Under the pieces are notes generated by a model. It was not told where the DNA came from. It did not search any database and saw only the letters and a program-made list of their open reading frames with translations. From Clostridia bacterium (GTDB taxonomy: Bacteria; Bacillota; Clostridia; Christensenellales; UBA1242): DNA of 50,546 bases. The stretch lies in assembly GCA_045614835.1 (NCBI GenBank), contig JAZLDP010000087.1, positions 1 through 50,546 of the forward strand. Reading direction: 5' to 3'. Each line of letters opens with the position of its first letter. The stretch's first letter is position 1. Below, in pieces: positions 14,379 through 24,823 of this stretch. A program made the position numbers and the translations under genes.

Positions 14379-14928
14379 TCTTATTCTCCTTTAAACTAAA
14401 AAACAAAGCCAATACAACCAACCACATATACACTTCTAAAGACAACATTAAACCATTCACTAAGTTATAGTGCAATATTATGGTTTCAAAACCTTTTATT
14501 TTAAATGTTAATTGCGACAAATATCCATGTATGATAAATGATGATACACTATAGGAAAATCTTCCTTTACACAGATAAGGCAAAAGGAACATTATACTAA
14601 TTGAAGTATGAGTATAAAAGTCTGGTGCAAATTCTATGCAACATCTACATAATATTGAACCAACCAATACATATAATAACTCATACCATTTAAACTTAAA
14701 CCTTCCACAACAAGCACATACAAACAAGTACAATGTCAATATTGTGGTACAAAGCTTGAAAATGTGCTGATACCCAATCCAACTATCTACAAAGTTTGCA
14801 AACTTCATTACCGTTGGAGATATTAACATTTCTACAAATATCTCTGGGAAAGCATATTTCAATATATAGAATGCAATAGTATATGCAATTAATAGCACTA
14901 ACAATGTTTTCGATATTTTCTTATTCAT
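14371..14928 (-). CDS. Polytopic membrane protein (5-6 TM), Cys-rich
   Basis: Hydrophobic throughout, with motifs CACCGRF and LCRCCIEF. Confidence 0.65.
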   Translation of the reverse strand: MNKKISKTLLVLLIAYTIAFYILKYAFPEIFVEMLISPTVMKFANFVDSWIGYQHIFKLCTTILTLYLFVCACCGRFKFKWYELLYVLVGSILCRCCIEFAPDFYTHTSISIMFLLPYLCKGRFSYSVSSFIIHGYLSQLTFKIKGFETIILHYNLVNGLMLSLEVYMWLVVLALFFSLKENKNG

Positions 14929-15050
14929 AAATTTCCCTTAATAAAAAAGTTGTTACTAGATTAACACAACAAAAAAACATAAATTTCATCTTCAGTATTT
15001 TTTGTTATCGTTCCCTGCAACAACCTTAAAATAAATCATATTAGATTTCC

Positions 15051-15710
15051 TTATTTTTTAACCTGCTCTGCTCTAAGTTGATTCATTGCTTGATTAACCT
15101 TAGCATCTCTTTCAGCCTTAGCCCTAGCATCAGCATTCGCTTTTTGTTTCTCCGCTTCACTTTGAGTTTCTTGCTTTTGAAGTTGAGCAAGTTTTTTCTT
15201 TGCTTCCTTTAAAATGGAATTTTGCTCTTTAGTCATAACTGCTTGAGCCAATCTTTCTTGGATTTGGTTAAGAGTTTCACCACCAAAGAATATGCCAAAA
15301 TTATAGAATACAACGAAAACAATTAACGCAATCCACCAACAGTTATGAGCAAATGGCACTAATGTTTGGAAGTATGATATACCAGCAAATCCAAGACCTA
15401 CTGATGCACCAGTTATTTTATTACCCCAAGCCTTAGTCCAGTATTTCTTTAATAACTTCATCTTATCGTTTCCCTCCTTGTAAATTAATCTTTTCACAAA
15501 GGGCATTAAAAGTTTGATTAACTTTTTCAAACCTATCTTTGTTAGTTGAGTGATACAAACAAGTAAGACAGTAGAGAATAGTGTTGAAATGCCTAATGCA
15601 ATTAGGTTTTCCAACCCCTCTTCTATCATTTCCATAGCAAACACTACCGTAAATGTTAAGCCACTCCCACTGAACATTTCTTTTAATCGAGTTCGCTTAC
15701 TTTGGGTCAT
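15051..15710 (-). CDS. Membrane protein with a C-terminal Lys/Ala/Gln-rich coiled coil (holin-like candidate)
   Basis: About 4 hydrophobic segments, then AQLQKQETQSEAEKQKANADARAKAERDAKV. Confidence 0.6.
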   Translation of the reverse strand: MTQSKRTRLKEMFSGSGLTFTVVFAMEMIEEGLENLIALGISTLFSTVLLVCITQLTKIGLKKLIKLLMPFVKRLIYKEGNDKMKLLKKYWTKAWGNKITGASVGLGFAGISYFQTLVPFAHNCWWIALIVFVVFYNFGIFFGGETLNQIQERLAQAVMTKEQNSILKEAKKKLAQLQKQETQSEAEKQKANADARAKAERDAKVNQAMNQLRAEQVKK

Positions 15711-15713
15711 TTC

Positions 15714-15929
15714 TTAAACCCCCAAATTTTCTTCAGTCTCTTCTTCAGGCTGTGGCAAGTAAGTAGCAAGTTCTTCGATTTCTGCTGTAAGAGTTTCTGT
15801 ATCAATACTAAATGCTTCATCCTCGAGAGAATCTGCTTCTTCTCTAAGAGATACTGCCTTTGCAAGTTTTTCTTCCTTGCTATCTATGATTGCTTGTCTC
15901 TTTGCAATCTCAATATCAATTATGCTCAT
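15714..15929 (-). CDS. Acidic 71-aa protein
   Basis: Track ORF with AAAAGGAGGTAATCTT RBS. Confidence 0.55.
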   Translation of the reverse strand: MSIIDIEIAKRQAIIDSKEEKLAKAVSLREEADSLEDEAFSIDTETLTAEIEELATYLPQPEEETEENLGV

Positions 15930-15983
15930 AAGATTACCTCCTTTTTATATTCAACAGCCAATCTCTCGACTGTCTTGTTGTTC

Positions 15984-16586
15984 TTAAAGATTTGGTAGGT
16001 TTTGTGTATTGTCGGCAATCCACCTTAGTACTCTGTATCCAAGAATACAAACAAGAGTAGCCACACCAGTCCATAACAATACTTTCAATGAACCTTTAAC
16101 TATTCGCTTAAATCCATCGGTAGTTCCATCCCACCAATTGCAAAATTCTTTATATTTGTTTACAGATTTATTGGCTACAAAACCAATAACCTCACCTTTG
16201 TCATCTTTAGGATACAAATATCCATATCTTTTTTTCAAGGCTTCAATCTTCTTGTTTGAAACTTCCGCCTTAACCTCTTCTATTATAACTTTCTTCTCTT
16301 GCTTCTTTCGATATGCTAGTTTGCTCTTTTCACAGTCAAGCATATATGCTGTCAATTCATTTTTTTGCTCTTCGCTCAAAATTGCCAACATATCTTTCGA
16401 TAACTCAGCTTTTGCACTTCTAACGACTATTTCGTTTGTAAGTTTCTTAAAGTCTTCGTTACTCTTAAGTCCTTGCTTAGCCCTATCATATTCGGTTTGA
16501 ATTTCGTTGTGTGCAAGATTGGAGTTGCTATCTTTTTGTACAATACCACGAATTTCGTCCATAGACATTAATTCTTTTGTTTCCAT
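15984..16586 (-). CDS. Tail-anchored membrane protein (coiled-coil N-terminus, C-terminal TM)
   Basis: LKVLLWTGVATLVCILGYRVL lies near the C-terminus. AGGAGCAAGGATT RBS. Confidence 0.6.
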   Translation of the reverse strand: METKELMSMDEIRGIVQKDSNSNLAHNEIQTEYDRAKQGLKSNEDFKKLTNEIVVRSAKAELSKDMLAILSEEQKNELTAYMLDCEKSKLAYRKKQEKKVIIEEVKAEVSNKKIEALKKRYGYLYPKDDKGEVIGFVANKSVNKYKEFCNWWDGTTDGFKRIVKGSLKVLLWTGVATLVCILGYRVLRWIADNTQNLPNL

Positions 16587-16662
16587 AATCCTTGCTCCTA
16601 TTACTTTTATAATATCATATTCTTATGTTTTTTGCAAATAATTTTAATATGCTTATGTATAT

Positions 16663-17442
16663 TTATACACAAAATGCGAATGATAGACCTCTCGCAGTCA
16701 TTGCGTTTCCATTGCTTTTATATAAAACCCCTGTACCGTTGACAATACATTGAGCTTTACTGCTAAATGATGTTCTTAACCACCAAGACGTTGAAGTATT
16801 GTGTTTAATCATATCACTGCTTGTTTTGTATTTCCAATATTCGTATACATCTCCCTCGCTGTTAGAAGAAAAAGAATTTGAATTAGTTAATTCTTTTTCG
16901 CTTAACAAAAATAAATCCATACTTGATATAGTACCATAAGTTGTTTTGTCTACCAGTTTAATGATGTTTTGACATTTTTCTGGTAATGTTGCTTTTATTG
17001 TTGGTAAAGTAGTAGTGTACATTGTTGTTGAAGTATACGGTCTAACAGTTTCTGTGCTATTAAGTTTATATGCTGTATTTAAAGACGAAACCATTTCCAA
17101 AGTTATACCAGCCTTACCGCTACCATCACTCAAATTATCGTGATTAAATCCAATAATTCTCATTTGGATTACTTCACCAGTTGTCAATGTAATATCAATA
17201 GTATCGCCTATATTCCAACCATAAGTTTCAGCAACTTGTGAACTTGTCATATTGTTAGCACTAATTTCAGCACTTACAGTAGAAATCGTAGACCAACTAT
17301 TTTCTGAGAACACTCTACTAAATGTTAAATCTTCACCACCGCCACTACTCTCAACACCTAACTTAAAAAATCCATAATTGCCAACTTGAGAAACAGGACT
17401 ACCACTCTTAACCAATTTAATAAACTCTAATCCCATCATCAC
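16663..17442 (-). CDS. Tail fibre / receptor-binding protein candidate (DUF6273-like C-terminus)
   Basis: TSWWLRTSFSS...ARGLSFAFCV resembles the yWLRS...PAF ending of Firmicutes surface-protein domains. ATGA coupling to the upstream fibre gene. Confidence 0.5.
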   Translation of the reverse strand: MMMGLEFIKLVKSGSPVSQVGNYGFFKLGVESSGGGEDLTFSRVFSENSWSTISTVSAEISANNMTSSQVAETYGWNIGDTIDITLTTGEVIQMRIIGFNHDNLSDGSGKAGITLEMVSSLNTAYKLNSTETVRPYTSTTMYTTTLPTIKATLPEKCQNIIKLVDKTTYGTISSMDLFLLSEKELTNSNSFSSNSEGDVYEYWKYKTSSDMIKHNTSTSWWLRTSFSSKAQCIVNGTGVLYKSNGNAMTARGLSFAFCV

Positions 17443-18017
17443 ACCTCGCTAACAATATAGACAGCATCAGTTTCATAAGTTTCAGATGTACCAGTAAATT
17501 TATAAACTTTACCCAAGTTATCTTGAATAAGTGCGTTCTCCATATCTGAATCAGACGAAACATCAATTGGTATACCTTCCTTAAGAGAGCCAGTCTTTCC
17601 AAGAATAGTAACACCTTCTTTTATGTTCTCTTCTTTAATATTAGAATCTATATCACTCGTAACTGGATTAACATTGATTACATTAAATACCGAACCATCT
17701 GGTGGATTAACAACTTGAGTATTTGTAGTAGGTTCTATAGTAACACTTTCTTCAGGTTTATAATAATCGCTAGGAACAACTGCTCCCACCTCAACCTTAG
17801 TAAGTTTGTACCCGCTATCAGCAGTAACCGATTGTTCAGAAGTAGTGGGAGTAATTGTCTTCGTTTGGCTCGGCAATATCTTTTCCATTTGGTCTAATAA
17901 TTGTGGATAACTCCTAAACTCAATATCTGAGGTTGATATATCTTTTGCGGTTAGTTTGCCTTTAAAGGACGACTTGACACTTTCAAGTTCCTCAATGCTC
18001 GATTCTAAATCTGACAT
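17439..18017 (-). CDS. Tail fibre-associated structural protein
   Basis: Position and a Thr/Ser/Pro-rich composition with beta-rich repeats. Confidence 0.5.
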   Translation of the reverse strand: MSDLESSIEELESVKSSFKGKLTAKDISTSDIEFRSYPQLLDQMEKILPSQTKTITPTTSEQSVTADSGYKLTKVEVGAVVPSDYYKPEESVTIEPTTNTQVVNPPDGSVFNVINVNPVTSDIDSNIKEENIKEGVTILGKTGSLKEGIPIDVSSDSDMENALIQDNLGKVYKFTGTSETYETDAVYIVSEV

Positions 18018-18020
18018 ACC

Positions 18021-18974
18021 CTATACCCCCAATATATTTTGTAATTGCGTACTTGCCGAACCAATCTTATCATTAAGTTCTTGGAATTTGGTATCTAACT
18101 CCGACCTAGAGTATGTGCCAACATCACTCGCACTTAATATAACATTTGCCGAAAGTGACTTTCCATTTATAGTTCTCGTGTCTGGAACAAGTCCTGAGAT
18201 AATATCCGAAATATCAATATTGATTGTTTGTCCATTCTTTAATGTAAGTTTTAGTGTCTTGTTTGAATAAGTGCCACTAACAACCATTGTTTCTAAAGGC
18301 AAGTCAATGCTCTTCGTACTCAACAAGTCCCCATTATCATTTAATAGCGATATTGTCATTACATAAGTCGAACTATTAATTGAAACATCTAAACTTGCAC
18401 CCAAATCACTATTGTCTGGTATTACAATGTTTACATTTTTGTTTCCATCAATCTCTTGTTCAATGCCATTAACAGAAACACTATCAATCTTGCCACCTAC
18501 ACTCGAGATATCAACACTCGACACCTCTTCACTATTCGCATTGTAGAAACGAATCAAACTTCCATCAACTTCAGCCTTAACGAAACCATTACCCAAAAGA
18601 ACATCAATTTTACCTGTTTGCTCTGGTTCAACAGGAACAAAATCCTCAGGCTTTCTGCCCTCTTCAAAATAAAAACTCTTTATCTCGGAATTCTTTGTAT
18701 ACCCAGTTTCGTTTGAAAATGTAAAACTAATCTCAACCACAAGGTGTCTAGTAAGTACATTAGTTATATCTTTCGGTTCGTCCTTAATGTCTAAGTGGTC
18801 AACAACTACACCATCTGCCGAAACTATCATTGTACATACATTGTTCTCTTCGCCCATCGGTTTGATAACTTGTATTTGTTCGGCAAGATGTTCCCATTGT
18901 CTGCCCAAACAATAGCAATCAGACTTAATGGTGTATCGGTCACAACCATTATCAATTATTTGTATCGTTCTCAT
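18021..18974 (-). CDS. Tail fibre protein
   Basis: Start moved to ATG 18974 behind AAAGGAGAAGTT. C-terminal trimeric coiled-coil-like segment SELDTKFQELNDKIGSASTQLQNILG. Confidence 0.55.
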   Translation of the reverse strand: MRTIQIIDNGCDRYTIKSDCYCLGRQWEHLAEQIQVIKPMGEENNVCTMIVSADGVVVDHLDIKDEPKDITNVLTRHLVVEISFTFSNETGYTKNSEIKSFYFEEGRKPEDFVPVEPEQTGKIDVLLGNGFVKAEVDGSLIRFYNANSEEVSSVDISSVGGKIDSVSVNGIEQEIDGNKNVNIVIPDNSDLGASLDVSINSSTYVMTISLLNDNGDLLSTKSIDLPLETMVVSGTYSNKTLKLTLKNGQTINIDISDIISGLVPDTRTINGKSLSANVILSASDVGTYSRSELDTKFQELNDKIGSASTQLQNILGV

Positions 18975-19070
18975 AACTTCTCCTTTATATTTTAGTTGGT
19001 TCATTTACCAACTCGACAGTAGTAAGTGATATGTTTGCAGACTTTGGTATCATATACTAATCTCCTTATG

Positions 19071-19517
19071 TTAATAAACAAGCGGATATTTCAAACAAAT
19101 ACTTGTTATGTCTAAATATGCTGGTATAATAGATGAAACAGTTTTCCTTGCACGTATTTTTACGGTATATGTATCAAGACTATTTGCCTCAATACTTTCA
19201 ACAATAACCTCAGCTTTGCCAAGTACACCACCCCAGTGTACCTCGAGTGTGCCAGTTGCTGAAACAGTTGACACAACATTTACAGTAATATAACAAATGT
19301 TATCTGACCTTAATGGCGTTGCAGGTAACGTAAGCGTGAATGTATAGTCCGTATACGAAGTCGTCAACGTTGCTTTTGTTGGGTTACATTCGGCTGTAAA
19401 CAAACGCTCAACTGGAGCTTCCCATATTGTCTTATTATTCAAGTTAAGTTTTTTAACTACGTTGCCGTCAAATGTTATACTATCCGTATATAATAAATCT
19501 ATATTCTGTTCACTCAT
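19071..19517 (-). CDS. Hypothetical baseplate/fibre-associated protein
   Basis: Track ORF within the tail-tip module. Confidence 0.5.
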   Translation of the reverse strand: MSEQNIDLLYTDSITFDGNVVKKLNLNNKTIWEAPVERLFTAECNPTKATLTTSYTDYTFTLTLPATPLRSDNICYITVNVVSTVSATGTLEVHWGGVLGKAEVIVESIEANSLDTYTVKIRARKTVSSIIPAYLDITSICLKYPLVY

Positions 19518-19526
19518 TTCATACCC

Positions 19527-20339
19527 TTATGTTGTAATAGTTAATTTATAAGTTGAAGAGTCATAAGTAAAGGTTACACCGACATCCCCTTTGTCGCCTT
19601 TATCACCTTTAGGCAACACTAAGTTAAGCACTTGGTTAGGAGAAGTGCCAGTAATAGTAGCACTAGCAGTATCTCCACTTGTTACAGAACCAATTGTTAG
19701 TGCATTGGTGTCGCCTTTTTCTCCCTTTTCACCATTTGTGATAGTAAAAGTTTCAGTAGTGCTATTATTATATGCTATGGTATAGGTGTCAACAAGACCT
19801 TCTGTCGAAGATTTGAAAATGGTATTAATTCCCTTGCCATCATAGACTCTAATCTGAGAAGTTGTCAAATCGTCCAATGTAATCTCATATATTTTTAATA
19901 AAGGAAGGCTGGTTGAGACTTGCTGTATGCTTTTGATTCCGTTCCCATTAGTTACCTCATAATCAAAATATTCGCCATTGTCAAAATGTATTCTATAACC
20001 ATCAACAATGCCATCAGGACTATCAGCCTTCTCAATGTAACTTATGCCATTACCCTGCTCCCCCTGCTCACCTCTTGCACCTTTAAGATTAGAAAACTTT
20101 AATTTTTTTAATACTTTTCCGTTCTTCTCATTGTCTATAAGAGATACGCTAGGAGTGCCATCTCCATCAATCTCGCTTATATCAGGTTCATCTGCCATTG
20201 CTTCAGCAAAATCAACCGCATAAAAAGAGTTGTTTACCATTGCGTTTAGTTCATCAACAGCAAGGTTATCGTTAATTGTAAATTCCTTACCACCATTAAT
20301 TTCGCTTGAATCTTTTTTATCTTTGCTCCAATTTGCCAT
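19527..20339 (-). CDS. Collagen-like repeat tail fibre protein
   Basis: Short G-X-Y runs: GARGEQGEQGNG, GEKGEKGD and KGDKGDKGDVG. Confidence 0.65.
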   Translation of the reverse strand: MANWSKDKKDSSEINGGKEFTINDNLAVDELNAMVNNSFYAVDFAEAMADEPDISEIDGDGTPSVSLIDNEKNGKVLKKLKFSNLKGARGEQGEQGNGISYIEKADSPDGIVDGYRIHFDNGEYFDYEVTNGNGIKSIQQVSTSLPLLKIYEITLDDLTTSQIRVYDGKGINTIFKSSTEGLVDTYTIAYNNSTTETFTITNGEKGEKGDTNALTIGSVTSGDTASATITGTSPNQVLNLVLPKGDKGDKGDVGVTFTYDSSTYKLTITT

Positions 20340-20398
20340 ATTTCACCTTTATTCCTTTATAAATATTTATGCACATTTTTGCAAAAAAGTCAAGTGAT

Positions 20399-22519
20399 TT
20401 AATCAACCACTCGAACTTCTTGCAATTCTAAGTCTATCATCGGAACTCCGTTCTTACGGAAATTTCTACCAGTTACTTTCCAATACATTGGTGAACCATC
20501 TTTGTATTCCCATAATGAATTGTTGTTATTATCTCTATCAATTCTCAAAGTATCTCCTACCTCTACAACGTCACCTTCCGAAAAATGCTTAACAACATTT
20601 CCGTTTATATCATACAAATTTGAACAACCAATAGTTATATTAGCAACAGAAATTCCATTATTGTAACTATTTACAATTTGAGAACTATTATAAGTATAAA
20701 TGTCATCTATATAATTATATGTAGTTTGAAGAGACATAAACTCTGAATCGTTTAATTCATATACATTATCTTGTATATCATTAAAGTGATTTTCTTGCGA
20801 TACAACAGATATACTCCTTTGCATAATATTAACTGTAACATCATCTACAACAGAAGCATAATCTGTTATACTACTAATAGATAAAGCAATAGCAAATGTC
20901 TTACTATTTAAAGTCCTATAATAAGTTAATTCACAACAATTACCTTTAAAATTGTAAAAATCATAGTTATCTTTAGTTACATTATCGGCAGTACTAATTC
21001 CAACAGTTTGAATAAATGACTTTATGGAATTCCCCAAAGAATTAGTCCCTCTAATCAATGCAATAAAAGGGTATTCTACATTATCTTCACTACTATTTAC
21101 ATCCCAAATAAATTCACTATTAATTTCATTACACTCAATGAAGAAGCACAAATAGTCCACACCATCTTTCGTAATAATCTTGCCTCCATCTAATTGGGAT
21201 GTTGTAAACGTATCATTATTGTCTCTTAAAAGAAATGTTCTATTGCACACATCTTTTACATTCTTTACAAAACTCTTTTGCATATACTTTACGTTCTGTA
21301 TTTTATTCTTTGTAATTACATCTTTCTTGGGAGTTCCAAATATTTGACTTAATGGAATTCTTATAATCTTGTTATTGCTTGTTGTTGGATTGCCGTTTAC
21401 AAATTTAGGCATTCCTAGATTGTCAGTAGCCACACAAAATTGACATACATTACAAATACTGTTAACAAAATCTAATAAGGTTTTCGATTTATAATATTGA
21501 TATGGAATTCTAATCAACTTCATTATCTGTTGTGCAGTCATATTTTCTCTTATAACATTAGAACACATTTCTTCAATATAATCTTCTGTGAATCCAAATT
21601 CCACCATGCAATTCTTAAAATAACCCATTAACGTCCCTGCCGAATCTCTTTTAACATGAGGCTTTATTTTAAAATTTGACCAACTTTGCAAGATGTCAGA
21701 AGTTTGTATTGATAATATCTTGTTATTGTAGTAGTCGCTGTCGATGGAAATATGTGATTGGATAGGTTTTCCATTAACATTTATTTCTATTGGCAAATTT
21801 GAACTTGCCATAACACCATCATTTATATAGTCGAAAAACTCTCCATTTACATCTAAAACTTCCAAACTGCCACTATTAGGGACAACACCATAATAAATCT
21901 CTTTCGGTTGTCCAGTAGACTGTGATAGACTTTCCACTGACTTTAACCAAGACCTGTCAAGATATAGTTTGTTCTTTAGTTCTGCAACATAAGTAATACA
22001 GGCATTATAGTTCGCTCTATTCCACTCCAAGAAAGTAATAGTGTGGGAACTTGCTACATTTTGGAACTTAATTGCCCAAGTTGCATCATCACTATAAATA
22101 ATATCTGTTGTATCTCCATCTATATATGCTTTAGTTGGAAATTGATTTGCATTTTTGTCGCCATAAATGATAATACTATCAACATTTTCTCCACGAACTT
22201 CAAGAGTAACCGTAAGTTGTTTGCTCTCTGGTACAGCACCGAAAACATAACCATTGTATCCGTATTGCTCGATTAGTTGAGTGTCTGCTCCACCAACAAA
22301 TCCGTCAGCAAGAGATAAAGAACCAACATATTCTCCGTTCTTATAGGTAAGATTTGCCCAACTCTTCATATTTGTTCCATTACTTTTGGTTGATAAAAAA
22401 CCGAAAGAGCCGTTGGTCTTTTGAATTGAAGCATTATTGACTTCGGTAGAACTACCAAGTTGTTCGATTATATCTTCTACTGTATCTTGTAGTTGTATTA
22501 CAACCTTAATATCTGCCAT
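20399..22519 (-). CDS. Tail-associated (Tal-like) baseplate protein
   Basis: 706 aa, immediately downstream of the Dit-like gene, which is the canonical siphovirus order. Confidence 0.6.
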   Translation of the reverse strand: MADIKVVIQLQDTVEDIIEQLGSSTEVNNASIQKTNGSFGFLSTKSNGTNMKSWANLTYKNGEYVGSLSLADGFVGGADTQLIEQYGYNGYVFGAVPESKQLTVTLEVRGENVDSIIIYGDKNANQFPTKAYIDGDTTDIIYSDDATWAIKFQNVASSHTITFLEWNRANYNACITYVAELKNKLYLDRSWLKSVESLSQSTGQPKEIYYGVVPNSGSLEVLDVNGEFFDYINDGVMASSNLPIEINVNGKPIQSHISIDSDYYNNKILSIQTSDILQSWSNFKIKPHVKRDSAGTLMGYFKNCMVEFGFTEDYIEEMCSNVIRENMTAQQIMKLIRIPYQYYKSKTLLDFVNSICNVCQFCVATDNLGMPKFVNGNPTTSNNKIIRIPLSQIFGTPKKDVITKNKIQNVKYMQKSFVKNVKDVCNRTFLLRDNNDTFTTSQLDGGKIITKDGVDYLCFFIECNEINSEFIWDVNSSEDNVEYPFIALIRGTNSLGNSIKSFIQTVGISTADNVTKDNYDFYNFKGNCCELTYYRTLNSKTFAIALSISSITDYASVVDDVTVNIMQRSISVVSQENHFNDIQDNVYELNDSEFMSLQTTYNYIDDIYTYNSSQIVNSYNNGISVANITIGCSNLYDINGNVVKHFSEGDVVEVGDTLRIDRDNNNNSLWEYKDGSPMYWKVTGRNFRKNGVPMIDLELQEVRVVD

Positions 22520-22529
22520 ATACTACCCC

Positions 22530-23213
22530 TTACTCAAATGTTGCCCAAAGCACCATATTCTCAAAGACAGAAACGTTGCTATTTGGCATTACTTTCCAAC
22601 CCTTTGAATTTACTTCTTTTTCGTTGCCAAGTTGCCATACTAGTTGTTTGCCTGTAGGTATTGTAACACCTTTTTCAGTTGCATCTGTTGTGGACATTAC
22701 CTGAATTGAATCGCCCCAGTATAAGTTGTTTCCCTTTTCGGTCGTTGTAACGACTGCTAGATTTGAACTAGCCCCACTAACCTTATATGTAACTGTCATT
22801 TGCTGTCTTTGATTTAGTGTGCCGATAAAAGACACATCATAGTCAAGGACGCCGAAAACATAAGTGCCGACATTAAATATCCTTTTCATTTCCTCTGGCT
22901 CAACATACATCATGTGAGTAACGAACTCGCCACTCTCTTTATCGTAGTAGGTTACTGGGAACTCGTTTGCCGAATTTAGTACCCTACAAAGCCTTTGGTA
23001 ATCTTCTATCTTTAAATACTTAAAATTTATTTTACATCTTGGTACAACAAAAGAATCGTGGTCGTTAATGTTCGGCATAGACCCGTCATTAGACCTTGTT
23101 GGACTTTCAACATAAGTTTTTGTATTTACCGTCAAAAGTCCTTGATAACCAATTCCCTTGAACTCGTTACCTGCAATTATTACACTATCTAAGTTTGGTA
23201 CTCTTACTCCCAT
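22530..23213 (-). CDS. Distal tail protein (Dit-like)
   Basis: Position after the tape measure gene. Start moved to ATG 23213, 8 nt after GGAAGGAG. Confidence 0.55.
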   Translation of the reverse strand: MGVRVPNLDSVIIAGNEFKGIGYQGLLTVNTKTYVESPTRSNDGSMPNINDHDSFVVPRCKINFKYLKIEDYQRLCRVLNSANEFPVTYYDKESGEFVTHMMYVEPEEMKRIFNVGTYVFGVLDYDVSFIGTLNQRQQMTVTYKVSGASSNLAVVTTTEKGNNLYWGDSIQVMSTTDATEKGVTIPTGKQLVWQLGNEKEVNSKGWKVMPNSNVSVFENMVLWATFE

Positions 23214-23230
23214 TACGACCACTCCTTCCG

Positions 23231-24805
23231 TTATACTCGCTTGAAGTGTCCTACACGAACACCCTCTCCATATACTGAACCCTCAAGCAACTGTCCAGCC
23301 TTTGTTCTGTCTATATATACATCGCCCTTGAAACTTACATCACTTCCACGAGCAACACCATAAGTCGCAAGTGCTTGTAGCATTGCTTGGCTAAACTGCT
23401 CAATGTTTGTAACGCCAGTTCCTCTTACAGATGTATGCACAACTTCTGCACCTGCCTCTCCAGCAATAAATCTAGTTCCTTTATCAACCATTCCACCATC
23501 AGCATAAGGTTTCCAATTAACATTAGCATCCCAATTTCCAATTTGGACATTTCCACCAAATAATTTTGCAATCCTATCAATAGGTTTTAAAAGCAAATTG
23601 ATTTGAGCAATCCAAAGATTTACTAAATTAATAAATGCATTTGCAATACCATTTATAATACTAGCAAATATATTGGCTATTGTATGCCATACATTAACAA
23701 AGAAATCACCAACTGACTTAATCGCTCTCTTAATCCATTCAACAATTTCTTCCCAATTTTCTGCTAGCCATTTAGATGTATCTGCCATCCATTGATATAC
23801 AATTTTGATTTTGTTAAATATCCATGAAATAGCATTTGACCAAAAGTCAATCACGCCAGTGTCCTCTAAGAAAGACCATATATTAGACCAATATTCCCAT
23901 ATGCTAACAGCAATGTCTTTTATGTTTTGCATAAATCCTATAAACTTAGAAACTTTTTGCTGTTCTTCATTACCTATACCAACCCTATTATATTCTTGCT
24001 TGTCTTGAGTCTTGTTTAAAGATTCAAACTTGTCGAAACTTAGTAACTGCTTATTGGTTTCTTTTAGGCTTTCAGCATAATCTTTGTTATTTTTAATTGC
24101 CTTATCATAATAGTCCTTGCCTTCCATAACAGCCAAAGCCATATTTAGATTGTCTACAAGAGAAACAGCCATATCTGACATTCTGGTTATTAGTGGCTCT
24201 AAACTAGTTAAAAGGTTACCTAAAGTCACTCCAAGAGATGCTTTAATTTGATTTCCTGCATTTGTAATATTTGACATTGCCTTATTAGTAGCGGAATCAT
24301 ATTGAATAAAATATTGCAAACCTTCTTTTGCTGACTTAACAATAGCACTTAATCCAGCACGAATTGCTCTATACAAAGCGATTCTACCAATGCTACGAGT
24401 AAATTTACCGAAGAATGAAGATGACTTTTTACTCTCTTTATTGTTTTTCTTATCAACATCTAATCCTTTCTTCTTGGACTTGTTGATTTTCTTTATTTCT
24501 TTTACTTGTTGTTCAAGTTCTTTGGTTTGTTGTTTTGCCACCTCAACATCTTGAGTTTGAAGTAGATTAGCACCACCATTAGTCTTTGAAACCCCTTTGT
24601 TAGATGTAGTCTTAGTAAGTTCCTTTCCAATAGCTTTTAGAGCATTTGCATATCTTTCTATATTGGCAGTCTTCTTAACAACTTCGTTTAATGCCATTAA
24701 AGACTTGGTTAAGTTTGTAATTTGGGTAGTAGCACCCTTTTTAACATTAACCTTAATATCAATTACTAACTTATCGGTTGTATTACTATTATTTCCCTTA
24801 GGCAT
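23231..24805 (-). CDS. Tail tape measure protein
   Basis: About 524 aa, helical, with hydrophobic stretches and a C-terminal GGMVDKGTRFIAGEAGAEVV motif. It follows the chaperone pair. ATG 24805 lies 9 nt after AAGGAG. Confidence 0.8.
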   Translation of the reverse strand: MPKGNNSNTTDKLVIDIKVNVKKGATTQITNLTKSLMALNEVVKKTANIERYANALKAIGKELTKTTSNKGVSKTNGGANLLQTQDVEVAKQQTKELEQQVKEIKKINKSKKKGLDVDKKNNKESKKSSSFFGKFTRSIGRIALYRAIRAGLSAIVKSAKEGLQYFIQYDSATNKAMSNITNAGNQIKASLGVTLGNLLTSLEPLITRMSDMAVSLVDNLNMALAVMEGKDYYDKAIKNNKDYAESLKETNKQLLSFDKFESLNKTQDKQEYNRVGIGNEEQQKVSKFIGFMQNIKDIAVSIWEYWSNIWSFLEDTGVIDFWSNAISWIFNKIKIVYQWMADTSKWLAENWEEIVEWIKRAIKSVGDFFVNVWHTIANIFASIINGIANAFINLVNLWIAQINLLLKPIDRIAKLFGGNVQIGNWDANVNWKPYADGGMVDKGTRFIAGEAGAEVVHTSVRGTGVTNIEQFSQAMLQALATYGVARGSDVSFKGDVYIDRTKAGQLLEGSVYGEGVRVGHFKRV

Positions 24806-24823
24806 ACACAAATACTCCTTAAA

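Noticed and set aside
16663-20339. Invertible tail-fibre segment or DGR-type diversification
   Set aside because: All fibre ORFs are co-oriented with no alternative C-terminal cassettes on the opposite strand. The plus-strand track ORFs here are low-complexity shadows. No reverse transcriptase or template/variable repeat pair was seen.
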